NCBI GenBank assembly: GCA_021730855.1
Contig: JAKFYM010000012.1
Span: 1-35,519, forward strand
Source of the DNA: Bdellovibrionales bacterium
GTDB lineage: Bacteria > Bdellovibrionota > UBA1018 > CAIPTA01
DNA: 35,519 nt
Direction: 5' to 3'
The notes below the pieces were generated by a model, which saw only the letters and a program-made list of their open reading frames with translations, was not told where the DNA came from and did no database searches. The number at the start of each line of letters is the position of its first letter. The first letter of the stretch is position 1. The position numbers and the translations under genes are program-made. Of this stretch, positions 24,915 to 32,601 are shown one piece after another.

Positions 24915-25058
24915 CTCTTTCTGGAAGACTTACAAACGCAGCCGCCCAACAATATTGGTATAAGTCTGGCCGTACCAGACATTCCCTTCTGGATCGAAAT
25001 CCAGCCCTTCCATGGCCGCAGCGCCACGAGGAGAGCTCAGGGGCACTAGGCATAAGCA

Positions 25059-26888
25059 CTAATCCAAATGATACCGAACGCTCGTGACCACCACGTTCCG
25101 CTTAAATAACAATGCCGCTCGCATCACAAAGGCCGTCTGATTGTGAAAAATTCCCTCCCACCATTTCGCCGTCACGAATTCCGGAATCAATACCGTGACC
25201 ATCTCTCGGGGATTCATGGCCCTGGCTTCGTCTATATAGTTCAGCAGAGGCGAGACTACCGAACGGTAAGGAGACTCCAAAATCACCAGCGGGATTTTCT
25301 TACCCCAGCGATCCCAGTCTTTCCGCAAACGATCGGTGGCGGTGGGATCTAGGTTCACGTACACCGCCCTCACATCCTGAGCGATAGACTGTGCATACCG
25401 CATCGCTTCGACAACCCCTCTATGCAAACCAGAGATCGGCATCACCACCATATGCTGCATGGGAGATTCGTACTGTTCCGGATTTTGTCCCACAAGAGAC
25501 AATTGTTTCCCCACACCTACATAGTGTTTTTTCACGCAGGTGAACGCCCAGATGAAGAGCGGAATCACCAAAGTGATGATCCAGGCCCCATGGCTAAATT
25601 TTGTGACCGTGATGACGATGGTTACGATCCCGGTCAAGACGCCGCCGACAAGATTCACGGCTGCTTTTTTCCTCCATCCCGTTTGGCGCTTCGCAAACCA
25701 ATGCTTCACCATCCCGATCTGCGAGAAGGTGAAGGAGAGGAAAACCCCCACCGCGTAGAGCGGAATCAAGGCGTGGGTGCTGGCCTGAAAAAGCACGATC
25801 AGGGCAGCCGAAGCCAAACCTAACATCAGGATGCCGTTGGAAAACACCAAGCGATCGCCAACAGAAGTGAGCTGCCTCGGGAGATAACGATCTCTCGCCA
25901 AGATCGAGGTGAGCCTTGGAAAATCCGCATAGGCCGTGTTTGCGGCAAGGATCAGGATGCCCATGGTGGTGAACTGCACGTAGTAGTACGGAACCGTGGT
26001 TCCAAAAATGGAGCGTGCAAGCTGAGAAACCACGGTTTCGCCGCTATTCGGCACAATCCCGTGGAAGTGGGAAAAGAAAGTGATCCCGAAGAACATGACC
26101 GCCAAAATCCCCACCATCACCATCAGGGTGAGCGCCGCATTGCGAGACTCTGGCTTCCGAAATAACGGAATGCCGTTGCTGACGGCCTCCACGCCCGTCA
26201 GGGCCGTGCAACCGGAAGAGAACGCTCGGAGGAGCAAAAAGAGCGTCAACGAATGTTGTATCGGGAGCTCCGGCGGGGATATGTGCGTGAATTCCCCAGT
26301 GGAGAGCTTCCACGCGCCCATAGCGAGCATCACCAGGATCCCCGCAATAAAGGCATAGGTGGGAATGGCAAAGATTGTTGAGGATTCCCGAATGCCCCGT
26401 AGGTTCATGAGAGTGACGACCACGATGGAAACCAAACACAAGAAGACGCTATGAGGCTGCAGGTTAGGAAAGGCGGAGGTGAGCGCCGCAATGCCGGCGG
26501 CCACACTCACGGCCACGGTCAATATATAGTCCGTCAGCAATGCCGCCGCCGCCGTGAGCCCCGCCGACTCGCCTAGGTTTTCATGGGCCACAATATAGGC
26601 CCCACCTCCGTTCGGGTATTCGTAGATCGTTTGCCGGTAGGAAAAAACCACGATAAAAAGCAGCGCAATAATGGTGAGTGCGATGGGAATCGACAAATGC
26701 AGGGCTGCAGTGCCGGCGAGCAATAAAATCAGTAGGATTTCTTCTGTGGCGTAAGCCACCGAGGAGAGAGGATCTGAAGAAAATGTGGCCAAGGCCTTCT
26801 TCTTAGACAACCGTTGGTGCTGGGCTTCCGAGCTGGCCATTGGAGCCCCTACAAATGCACGCTTTAAAGACGACAAGACTGTGCCCAC
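25059..26888 (-). CDS. kimA: KimA-type K+/H+ symporter (APC superfamily with a C-terminal cytoplasmic domain)
   Basis: 609 aa. The blocks SSDPLSSVAYATEEIL, YRQTIYEYPNGGGAYIV, LLTDYILTVAVS, FLLLRAFSSGCTALTGVEAVSNGIP, IPLYAVGVF and HNQTAFVMR match my recollection of B. subtilis KimA (YdaO, 607 aa). GTG start with AGGAGG 5 nt upstream. The gene is preceded by a ydaO-class riboswitch. Confidence 0.8.
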   Translation of the reverse strand: MGTVLSSLKRAFVGAPMASSEAQHQRLSKKKALATFSSDPLSSVAYATEEILLILLLAGTAALHLSIPIALTIIALLFIVVFSYRQTIYEYPNGGGAYIVAHENLGESAGLTAAAALLTDYILTVAVSVAAGIAALTSAFPNLQPHSVFLCLVSIVVVTLMNLRGIRESSTIFAIPTYAFIAGILVMLAMGAWKLSTGEFTHISPPELPIQHSLTLFLLLRAFSSGCTALTGVEAVSNGIPLFRKPESRNAALTLMVMVGILAVMFFGITFFSHFHGIVPNSGETVVSQLARSIFGTTVPYYYVQFTTMGILILAANTAYADFPRLTSILARDRYLPRQLTSVGDRLVFSNGILMLGLASAALIVLFQASTHALIPLYAVGVFLSFTFSQIGMVKHWFAKRQTGWRKKAAVNLVGGVLTGIVTIVITVTKFSHGAWIITLVIPLFIWAFTCVKKHYVGVGKQLSLVGQNPEQYESPMQHMVVMPISGLHRGVVEAMRYAQSIAQDVRAVYVNLDPTATDRLRKDWDRWGKKIPLVILESPYRSVVSPLLNYIDEARAMNPREMVTVLIPEFVTAKWWEGIFHNQTAFVMRAALLFKRNVVVTSVRYHLD

Positions 26889-26948
26889 GTTAACCTCCTA
26901 AGCAAATTGTTCTGAGGAAATACCGTGGGCGAAATGCCCATAGACGTT

Positions 26949-27070
26949 CCTCTTCAACGCTGACGAGGTTAGCTGCCGGGCTCGGACTGAAGAGTTTGTC
27001 CTACGTTCTTACGAACGATGCGCCCCAAAAGTGGGTCCCCCGCTTCCTTCACGGAATTAAGCGATCTATT
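26949..27070 (-). promoter_or_regulatory. c-di-AMP riboswitch aptamer (ydaO-yuaA class) in the kimA leader
   Basis: The minus-strand RNA carries, in order:
- AUCGCUUAAU-UCC-GUGAA-GGA-AGCGGGGGACCCA (core at 27032-27043).
- GGGGCGCAUC.
- GUUC-GUAA-GAAC.
- CUCUUCA...CCGGCAGCUAACCUCGUCAGCGU-UGAAGAG (core at 26963-26975).

A possible promoter, TTGCAC (27101-27096), 16 nt, TAATCT (27079-27074), lies just upstream. Confidence 0.8.
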
Positions 27071-27167
27071 TTCAGATTACGCCGATTTTTAAAAAGTGCA
27101 ATTGCCCAGTTTTTTGACAAAGAGGTGCGCGTTGGCGCAAGGCAAATGGCAAGGTAGGCTATTCCAA

Positions 27168-27896
27168 ATGAGAAATCGCAAAAAAATATGGTTTGGTGTT
27201 TTTTTCTCGTTGCTGATTGCCGCTGTATTTGTTTCTCGGTGGCAAGTAGAACGCTTACCCATGGCAGACGCGCTGGACAGCCCTCCCCTTACGGAAGCAG
27301 CTACAGTCCGAAAGCTTGCGCCCACCAAAAATGGAACGCCTGCCAAAGCGGATCTCGGGGCAGGCTCTAAAACCCAGCCTCTCGCGCAATCCTCTCCCTC
27401 TCCCTTCAAGCCCCTAAGCCCGAAAGAAATCCTGGAGGCACGTTCTGAAATGAAAATGTCCTTGGCCGCCCCCTATGGCGCTCAGAAGGCATTCTATGCA
27501 GAACACCGCCGCTACAGCACCGACCTATTGAACGGAGTCGGTTTTTTACCCGATGCGGAGAAACAAAGATGGTCTAAGGTTGGCTTCCTGAGCCCCTATT
27601 CTCCCGAAAAAACTATTGGCGCAGAAGATCCGCGCTATTTTGACATTGATGAATATAGCAAGGATCAAGAAACCCCTGTGACCTTCACCTATCGGCAGAC
27701 AGGCCAGGGCTTTTCCTTAGCTGACTTGAGCCGCTACTGCGAACATAGGTGCACCGCTAATGACCAACAGTTCGAAATCATGGCAGCCGCCATCCTAGTG
27801 GAAGGCAATGCCCCCGACATCTGGATCATCAACGAGAAAAAAGTAATCCGGCACGCGCGGGACGGCCTGGTGAAGGATGGGGTTGAGGCGAAGTGA
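27168..27896 (+). CDS. Membrane-anchored hypothetical protein
   Basis: I prefer the ATG at 27168 (MRNRKKIWFGVFFSLLIAAVFV, one TM segment). A Pro/Ser-rich linker and a globular domain follow. The tracked GTG at 27096 would overlap the kimA promoter region. Confidence 0.55.
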   Translation: MRNRKKIWFGVFFSLLIAAVFVSRWQVERLPMADALDSPPLTEAATVRKLAPTKNGTPAKADLGAGSKTQPLAQSSPSPFKPLSPKEILEARSEMKMSLAAPYGAQKAFYAEHRRYSTDLLNGVGFLPDAEKQRWSKVGFLSPYSPEKTIGAEDPRYFDIDEYSKDQETPVTFTYRQTGQGFSLADLSRYCEHRCTANDQQFEIMAAAILVEGNAPDIWIINEKKVIRHARDGLVKDGVEAK

Positions 27897-28105
27897 GGGA
27901 TGACCTATGGAAGGCGGCCTTAAACACAACTACTACGGCACTTCCTGCTCTTTAACGCTCTCTCAAGCAGGGCCTAGGCCCCCTTAGTCCTGAGGATCTG
28001 CCCTACGGGTGGATAGCGGTAATCCACAGCAATCATCGTAAAATATTTAAAGATTTTGAGTATTTCTCTCCAAAAGAATAGAGATATGGTTATATACATA
28101 CAAAT

Positions 28106-28124
28106 ATGGTACTTTTAGTACCAT
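28106..28124 (+). promoter_or_regulatory. Palindrome overlapping the brnT start codon (candidate BrnA/BrnT operator)
   Basis: ATGGTAC-TTTTA-GTACCAT, with perfect 7-bp arms. ATATGGT also occurs at 28084-28090 and 28104-28110. There is no SD upstream of ATG 28123. Confidence 0.45.
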
Positions 28125-28395
28125 GGAATTTGAGTGGGACTTAAACAAGGAATTGGAGAATATCCGCAAACACAAAGTCCCCTTCGCGAAAGCCGTAGAA
28201 TGTTTTTTTGATCCGAATGGCATTCAAATGGTGGACGCAAAGCACTCCGATCTCGAAGGCAGGTTTTACTGGATTGGAAAATCCAATTCCGGACGAATCT
28301 TAACCACTTGGTTCACAAAACGTGGAGACCTAATTCGCATTATCGGATGCGCTGAGTGGAGAAAGTTTAGGAGATTATATTATGAAGCAACCTAA
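28123..28395 (+). CDS. brnT: BrnT-family (DUF497) toxin
   Basis: 90 aa. MEFEWDLNKELENIRKHKVPFAKAVECFFDP...RIIGCAEW fits the BrnT pattern. It overlaps the downstream antitoxin gene by 14 nt. Confidence 0.85.
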   Translation: MEFEWDLNKELENIRKHKVPFAKAVECFFDPNGIQMVDAKHSDLEGRFYWIGKSNSGRILTTWFTKRGDLIRIIGCAEWRKFRRLYYEAT

Positions 28396-28660
28396 GATCA
28401 GCAATTTAACTATCGATCGTAAAGGCACAACCACCATCCGTGAGCGAATGGCGAAGAACAAAAAAGTGAAAATCACGATCAATGTCGACCAAGATAGCCT
28501 CGAGTCACTGCGAAAATTAGCCGGGCAATCAGGCGCCTCCTACCAGAAGCTCCTGAACCAAATTTTGCGGGAGGGCCTTAATGGGCGATCGAATGCAGAA
28601 TCACGCCTGGATAGAGTGGAACAGGAAATTGCTAAGCTGAAGAAAAAGCTGATCGCTTAG
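28382..28660 (+). CDS. brnA: BrnA-family (CopG/RHH-like) antitoxin
   Basis: 92 aa. KITINVDQDSLESLRKLAGQSGASYQKLLNQILREGL. The toxin-first gene order is typical of BrnTA. Confidence 0.8.
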   Translation: MKQPKISNLTIDRKGTTTIRERMAKNKKVKITINVDQDSLESLRKLAGQSGASYQKLLNQILREGLNGRSNAESRLDRVEQEIAKLKKKLIA

Positions 28661-28808
28661 CAGCCTTGCTTCGATTCAAATTGGGGGACGCGAATGTCAG
28701 GCCTCGCCGGAGGGTAACGAATCTGCTCCCTGCTTCCATCGGCTCGCGTCACCGCTACAATCGCTTCCTTAGTGGGATCACCATAGTGGGTGCTCCATCA
28801 ATAGAGAG

Positions 28809-30098
28809 CTACTTCAATACGCCCGGATAGTGCTTCTGGAAAAAGGCTCCGGCCTCTTCCGGAGAGGAATCAACATAGGTAGAGAACCTGGGAATGGCTA
28901 ACATCAAGGGCGTCATCACCACTACCCAGAGCCCCATGAACACCAAAGTCTGCGTAAGGCCTATGCCAGAGATCAATAAGCCCACTCCTGCGATTCCGAG
29001 GGGGGAAATACCGCTGCAGAGGAACCCCATAATCGATCCGATGCGCGCGCGAAAACTATCGGGCACCGAAAGGGAAACCTGGGTGCCGATGATCACATTG
29101 GCCCAGGTGCTGCCAATTCCGATCCAAAAAAGAACCGTGAGCGGTAACACAATCGTAGGTGCAAAGGGCAGTAGCGCCACGCCAATTCCGATCATCGCGA
29201 TAGACAGAAGAAGCAACCAATGCGTGCTCAAGATCCGCTTCGGAACATTCAAAGTGAAGGCACCGATTACCGCACCGAGCCCGATGCTACTTTCAAGGCT
29301 TCCCAAATACCAGGCGGGCATGTCTCTCGCTTCTTTGGCTAGTACAGGAAGGATCACCCCGAGAGGGGATAACGCTAAATTCATGAACATCGCGATGATG
29401 CAGATCCAAAACAAAACAGGGAGTCGATAGAGTATCCGAAACCCGTCAAATAGCTCCACAGTCCATCGATTCAGGGCATTTCCTAATTTCGGCGAGACTA
29501 TCCGCTTGGGTTTTGTATCGGCCTGGATAAAAGCGGTAAAAAAACCTGCAACCAAATAAGAAACAGAATCGATGAGAAAAGCGCCAAATACTCCGACAAA
29601 AGAAACAACGACACCGCCTAAAATACCGCCCAAAATATTCCCCAAGGAATTGATGGCCTGTGACTGTTGCATGGCCACCTGTAACTTGTTTTTTTCTACG
29701 ATCTGCGGAACGATTCCACCGGCAGCTGCTTGAAACAGCGCCGATCCCACGGAGACGAGTGAAAAAACGAAAATCAATAGTGGCTGGTTATAGAAATCGA
29801 AGAAAACCATGCCGGCGAGCACCAATGTAAAAACCAACCGCCAAAGATCTGCGATGATGATTAGGTTCTTACGCGCAAAGCGATCCCCAATGGGTCCGAC
29901 CAAGGGCAACAGAAAAATTCTCACGAACATGGCCGGCGCCAGAACGGAAGACATTTGCGCAGCCGAGCCTGTTTTTTCTAGGATCCACCACGCGAGCGCA
30001 ATGTGGCTGCATGAATCACCAATCAAGGATACGAGCTGGCCAAGCCGATAGTTCCAAAAATCGCGGCCAAGAGAGGTATCGAAAAGAAATTTAAACAT
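28809..30098 (-). CDS. MFS transporter (EntS/MFS_3-like efflux family)
   Basis: 429 aa, about 12 TM segments. The N-terminal pattern FWNYRLGQLVSLIGDSCSHIALAWWIL...PLVGPIGDRFARKNL is typical of this family. Confidence 0.8.
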   Translation of the reverse strand: MFKFLFDTSLGRDFWNYRLGQLVSLIGDSCSHIALAWWILEKTGSAAQMSSVLAPAMFVRIFLLPLVGPIGDRFARKNLIIIADLWRLVFTLVLAGMVFFDFYNQPLLIFVFSLVSVGSALFQAAAGGIVPQIVEKNKLQVAMQQSQAINSLGNILGGILGGVVVSFVGVFGAFLIDSVSYLVAGFFTAFIQADTKPKRIVSPKLGNALNRWTVELFDGFRILYRLPVLFWICIIAMFMNLALSPLGVILPVLAKEARDMPAWYLGSLESSIGLGAVIGAFTLNVPKRILSTHWLLLLSIAMIGIGVALLPFAPTIVLPLTVLFWIGIGSTWANVIIGTQVSLSVPDSFRARIGSIMGFLCSGISPLGIAGVGLLISGIGLTQTLVFMGLWVVVMTPLMLAIPRFSTYVDSSPEEAGAFFQKHYPGVLK

Positions 30099-30360
30099 CT
30101 CCGGCTCGCATCTCCATTTACCTATTCATTGCCCATTCACTCGCAGCTCGAAACAAACTACCTATCATAGCGATCCTCTCCCAGTCATCCCGCAGTGGGT
30201 ATAGGGAAGATCGGGCCTTGGGTCTTGCGCGGAGCAGTTAGTTCTTCGGCGAGTTTCCCCCTCCAGCGCCGCCTTCTGCTTCTGTATCGAGAGCACAGGA
30301 AGAAGAGAAGTAAGTCCTCCATGCCGCCAAGCCGGAGGGCCGTGGGGCGATCGGAGGCCC

Positions 30361-31095
30361 TCATGCTCTGATCCCTTGGTAGAACATAAAGGCGCCCAGG
30401 AAGAAAATCAGCCCGGAAACCACACGCCGGAACGCACGCTCCGGCAGCCGCTTCAAGAGCTTCGTGCCCAGGAGGGTGCCAGCTACCGCGCCTAGGGTGG
30501 CGATGGCAATCCATTTGCCGTTCATCAAGATTCCCTCGTGCTCGCTCCAAAAATAGATCGGCATGCGGGCGGCATCCACCGCGAGGCCTATCGCCGTGGC
30601 GGTGGCGACAAACGACTCTTTCGAGATTTGAGCCCCGAGCAGGGCCGCCGAACGAATGCCGCCTTGGTTGCCCACGAGGCCGCCCAGAAAACCGGAGACC
30701 GCGCCCGCAATCCACGCGAAGGCCCCGTGAAAGCGCATTCGTTCCGAGAGGCCGGTTACGCCTGTAAAGCCGGCAAAGAGAAGGATCATGCCGAAGACCA
30801 AGGTTAGACCTGGAGTGGCGAACTGCGTGTGCAGAATCGCTCCGGTGAGGCCACCCGCGATGCTCATCAACCCGAAGCCTAGGAGAATTCGCTTATCCAC
30901 ATGAGATCGCAGCATGGCAAAGCGAATCGCTGTGGCGATCAAATGCGGAATCGATACCACGGCTACGGCGAGCTTAGTTCCAATCGAAAGACTGAGCACC
31001 GGAGTGATGAGACTGCCGATGCCGAAACCCGCAACGGAAGCAACGCCGCCCGCGATGATAGAGGTTGCCAGTACGCCAATTTCATAAAGCATCAT
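30361..31095 (-). CDS. TauE/SafE-family sulfite/anion exporter-like membrane protein
   Basis: 244 aa, 7-8 TM segments, with the internally duplicated Gly-rich pattern (GGVASVAGFGIGSL / GFLGGLVGNQGGIRSA). Confidence 0.75.
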   Translation of the reverse strand: MMLYEIGVLATSIIAGGVASVAGFGIGSLITPVLSLSIGTKLAVAVVSIPHLIATAIRFAMLRSHVDKRILLGFGLMSIAGGLTGAILHTQFATPGLTLVFGMILLFAGFTGVTGLSERMRFHGAFAWIAGAVSGFLGGLVGNQGGIRSAALLGAQISKESFVATATAIGLAVDAARMPIYFWSEHEGILMNGKWIAIATLGAVAGTLLGTKLLKRLPERAFRRVVSGLIFFLGAFMFYQGIRA

Positions 31096-31165
31096 TACTC
31101 CCTTAGCGCATGTGAGGAGCGCACAACAGATCCTTGCGAAGGATCACAATACAAAGATCAAACTT

Positions 31166-32173
31166 CTACTTTACCGCCTCAAGCATCAATTTAAGAAACT
31201 TCTGGGGCTCTTCGTACATAGGGAAATGCGCAGACTTTTCGAAATCCACCCACTGCTTGCCTTTGGCTGAGGAAAATCCTCGATAGTATTCAGAAGCCAG
31301 GACCGTTGGCGTAGCCATATCGCATTTTCCCTGCGCAAAAATAACGGGGAGACTAAGTCTAGGAATCGCGGTACTCGCTCGATATTTTTCTAAAAAGGGG
31401 AAAATTTGTTTCCAGATTTTTTCCATGCTCACATTCAAGCTTTCCAGTTCCTCCTGTGAATACTCCTTGGTCTTTTCCACTGCTTTATTGAGGTCTGCTG
31501 GTGAAAGAGAATAGAAGCTGCCTTTATACTTGTTCATCAACCGACTGAGTTTCACTAACTGTGGGAATTCGGTCCATGGCGGAGGCCCCATGGCTTCGAA
31601 GGTTTCTTGATCCTCTTTGTTTTCGGAAGCCTTCACTTCGTTAAGCAGGAACTGGTACTTCATCTGATCGCCGGCCTTCATATCGCTTACCGTACCGACG
31701 CTTATGTACGAGATAAAATCTTCAGGCCGATTCAGTGCCATATGAGAGGCGACAATCGATCCCCACGAATGACCCATTAGAAGAATTTTGGGCCGTCGAA
31801 ATTTCTTTTTAAGATGGTCCACGACCTTAAGGCCATCTTTCACGACTTGATCAAGGGTGAAAGTGCTTACGGGTAAATTTGGATCATAAGATTTCCCCGT
31901 TAGGCGTTGGTCCCAGTGCACTATAATGAAGTCTTTCAGGAAGGTGTCGTCGAATCCACGAGAAAACAACATGAGAGGAGAGCCAGGACCACCGTGAACA
32001 AAGAGCACAACTGGAGCGTCTGGATTTTGGCTCCGATACAAGACCCACTGGCGTGAGCCATTTACTTCTAATTGTTCCAACTCGTCTAACACCTTCGTCT
32101 CCTTAGCCTGGCTAGCGGTAGTAAACAAAAGGCAGAAAAGAAAAATTGCTGTTTTCATGAACTGCTCTTTCAT
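31166..32173 (-). CDS. Secreted alpha/beta hydrolase (prolyl-aminopeptidase-like fold)
   Basis: HGGPG oxyanion motif, nucleophile elbow GHSWGS, signal peptide MKTAIFLFCLLFTTASQA. The true start may be the second ATG at 32158. The gene is visibly AT-rich. Confidence 0.8.
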   Translation of the reverse strand: MKEQFMKTAIFLFCLLFTTASQAKETKVLDELEQLEVNGSRQWVLYRSQNPDAPVVLFVHGGPGSPLMLFSRGFDDTFLKDFIIVHWDQRLTGKSYDPNLPVSTFTLDQVVKDGLKVVDHLKKKFRRPKILLMGHSWGSIVASHMALNRPEDFISYISVGTVSDMKAGDQMKYQFLLNEVKASENKEDQETFEAMGPPPWTEFPQLVKLSRLMNKYKGSFYSLSPADLNKAVEKTKEYSQEELESLNVSMEKIWKQIFPFLEKYRASTAIPRLSLPVIFAQGKCDMATPTVLASEYYRGFSSAKGKQWVDFEKSAHFPMYEEPQKFLKLMLEAVK

Positions 32174-32179
32174 TCTGGG

Positions 32180-32213
32180 ATTCCTGGATACCAGTTACCT
32201 CATATTCCTGGAT
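32180..32213. repeat. Direct repeat ATTCCTGGAT(A/T)CC x2 in the hydrolase upstream region
   Basis: Copies at 32180-32189 and 32204-32213, with a 24-bp period. They lie 7-40 bp upstream of the hydrolase start codon. Confidence 0.6.
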
Positions 32214-32365
32214 TCCGGTATTGAGGAAAAAAATTCGTCCCCCGCACAGGGGGGGTTAATGGGTTGTTCGTAGAAAACACTCGTCTCTCGCGTTTATCAT
32301 GATGGCCACCGCCAAGTTATCCCGCGCCGGGTTTAGGGAAGGCCGGGGCTTTGGGTATTTCGGGC

Positions 32366-32459
32366 CGTGCTTGAGGCCGGGCGGCTAGGCAAGAATGCTT
32401 TACTAAGACTTGAGGCTAGTAAAGGCAGCTTTACTAGGGCCTGAGGCCAACCAAGCACG
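32366..32459. repeat. Composite repeat module: an 8-bp closing inverted repeat enclosing two 19-bp direct repeats and an alternative-pairing element
   Basis: - Closing inverted repeat CGTGCTTG (32366-32373) / CAAGCACG (32452-32459).
- Direct repeats CTTTACTAagaCTTGAGGC (32398-32416) and CTTTACTAgggCCTGAGGC (32429-32447), 16/19 identical.
- TAGTAAAG (32417-32424) is complementary to both CTTTACTA copies.
- A third CTTGAGGC lies at 32370-32377. Confidence 0.8.
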
Positions 32460-32500
32460 CCCATACCCCACAAATCTTTGCCTAACCGGAGCTAGGAAAT

Positions 32501-32595
32501 TTATCCGCCATAGTGGCGGATGGCGGATAAGTGGCGGATAAATGCATTTTCAGGCTTATCCGCCACATTGACAATGGCGGATAAATGGCGGATAA
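32501..32595 (+). promoter_or_regulatory. Array of seven TGGCGGATAA repeats (iteron/operator-like) embedding a promoter that abuts the fic start codon
   Basis: - Reverse copies: 32501-32510 and 32556-32565.
- Forward copies: 32514-32520 (partial), 32521-32530, 32532-32541, 32575-32584 and 32586-32595.
- Tandem copies have an 11-bp period.
- TTGACA (32568-32573) sits in the 9-bp spacer of a perfect 10-bp inverted repeat.
- GATAAA (32591-32596) follows 17 nt later, and the ATG is at 32602. Confidence 0.7.
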
Positions 32596-32601
32596 ATAGC
32601 T

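Noticed and set aside
24915-25058. 61-65-aa ORFs and two small hairpins downstream of kimA
   Set aside because: The ORFs lack an SD and any motif. The hairpins (GTCTGG-CCGTA-CCAGAC and CTGGAT-CGAA-ATCCAG) have no U-tract, so I did not call a terminator.
30099-30360. 262-bp gap upstream of the MFS gene, examined for a riboswitch or small gene (for example the 45-codon MEDLLLFFLCSRYRSRRRRW... frame)
   Set aside because: I recognised no riboswitch core. The small frame has no SD and is the tail of a shadow ORF (30185-30715) antisense to the TauE-like gene. There is a purine/pyrimidine-rich tract only.
32501-32595. TTATCCGCCA repeats as DnaA boxes, implying a replication origin
   Set aside because: They resemble TTATCCACA at only 7 of 9 positions and carry an extra base. 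There is no adjacent AT-rich unwinding element and no dnaA/dnaN/gidA context. The layout around a -35/-10 pair fits an operator better.
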